This document shows positions 62,758-64,000 of a stretch of 64,000 nucleotides of DNA, one piece after another. The translations under genes and the position numbers were made by a program. Each line of letters opens with the position of its first letter. Within the stretch, counting starts at the first letter, position 1. This DNA comes from an uncultured bacterium (GTDB lineage: Bacteria; Fidelibacterota; Marinisomatia; Marinisomatales; UBA1611), in NCBI GenBank assembly GCA_943788175.1, contig CALSPG010000007.1, positions 32,001 through 96,000 of the forward strand. The letters are read 5' to 3'. Below the pieces are notes generated by a model that made no database searches, was not told the origin of the DNA, and saw only the letters and a list, made by a program, of their open reading frames with translations.

Positions 62758-64000
62758 CAAATTAATAAAAACAATAACTTCTATTTTTTTATTTCAGATT
62801 ATGTCATGTAGTTCTATTGATGGTGAAGTAAGCAAGTTAGTTTCATCTATGACTCTTGAAGAAAAAATTGGTCAAATGACGCAGGTTGATTATCGTTACT
62901 TAGCAGATAAGGCTGACATTGGAAAATATTTTTTGGGATCAATTTTAAGTGGTGGTGGCTCTACGCCCCCCACAAACCAGCCATCATCTTGGGTTGATTT
63001 ATATAACAGTTTCCAGGAGAGGCTCTTAAAACCAGGCTTAAGATTCCATTAATATATGGTATTGATGCAGTTCATGGTCATAATAATGTTCTAGGTGCAA
63101 CTATGTTCCCTCATAATATTGGTCTTGGTTGCGCTAATGATAAAGCATTAGTACAAGAAATCGCCGCTGCGACTGCTGCTGAGGTAAAAGCAACTGGTCT
63201 AGATTGGACGTTTGCGCCTTGTGTTGCGGTAGCCCAGGATGAAAGGTGGGGAAGAACCTATGAAAGTTTTTCTGAGGATTCTGAAATAGTAACTGAACTG
63301 GGAGTTGCCTCCACAATAGGATATCAAGGTAGAACGTTAAATAAGAATTCAGTACTTGCTTGTGCAAAACATTTTGTAGGAGATGGTAACACTGTCTTTG
63401 GAACCGGGACGAACTGGTATAAAATTGATCGTGGAGATGTTGTTTTAGATGAAGAAGAATTAAGGAGTAAATATATTAAACCATTTCAAGAGTCTATAAA
63501 AATGGGCGTAGGTAGTATTATGGTTTCATACAATAGCTGGAAAGGGAAAAAACTCCATGGCCATAAATACCTAATTAATGATGTCCTTAAAAAAGAATTA
63601 AAATTTGATGGTATAGTTGTTTCTGATTGGGCTGGGATCAATGAGCTAGATAAAGATTATAAAACATGTATCATTCAATCTATTAATGCTGGGATAGATA
63701 TGAATATGGTTCCCGGTAGCCTGAACCCTGATGATAATTCGTACGATGATTTTATAAGGTTAGCAATAGAGTCCGTTAAAGAAGGTTCTATTCCAATGGA
63801 AAGGATTGATGATGCTGTATCAAGAATATTAAAAATAAAAAAGAAACTAGGACTTTTTGATAAGCCAATTAAAGCTCCAAAAAATACGGATGTAGTTGGT
63901 TCAAAAAAGCATAGAGATTTAGCTAGAAAGAGTGTTCGGAAATCTTTAGTGCTATTAAAGAATAAAGGAGATATTCTTCCTTTAAATAAAGACAGTGGTA
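62732..64000 (+). CDS. GH3 beta-glucosidase, partial, with a 1-nt frameshift near 63017
   Basis: MTLEEKIGQMTQ, GSILSGGGS; the shifted frame continues LKIPLIYGIDAVHGHNNV, RWGRTYES, CAKHFVGDG, VSDW to the window end. Confidence 0.9.

Noticed and set aside
63010-63052. Short 111-aa ORF as a standalone gene
   Set aside because: It is the N-terminus of a GH3 that continues in another frame after a 1-nt deletion.

Overview
Low-GC bacterial chromosomal segment, most likely from a marine FCB-group organism such as Candidatus Marinimicrobia/Marinisomatota (inferred from AceE-type PDH, PorV-like protein, many PNPFN C-terminal sorting domains and no SusD). The left ~26 kb is a rearranged replication-origin region: aceE/aceF, MATE, psuG, yggS, gyrA-gyrB-dciA-recF-dnaN, a DnaA-box cluster, surA-like genes, mfd, mnmG, mnmE, yidC and rpmH, with dnaA divergent. 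It has two parS palindromes and no recognisable rnpA or yidD. Next come a ~1,900-aa surface adhesin-like gene, ssb, an acyltransferase and an M20 peptidase. The right ~29 kb is a LacI-associated divergent beta-glucan (laminarin/mixed-linkage) utilisation locus: GH5, four GH16, GH149, GH30, GH1, GH3 and a multi-CBM surface protein. It contains a translationally coupled TonB receptor / C-terminal-domain protein / PorV-like / foldase-like cassette in place of SusC/SusD, which is the best candidate for an undescribed system. Four genes carry indels that look like sequencing errors. No rRNA, tRNA, CRISPR or mobile element was seen.
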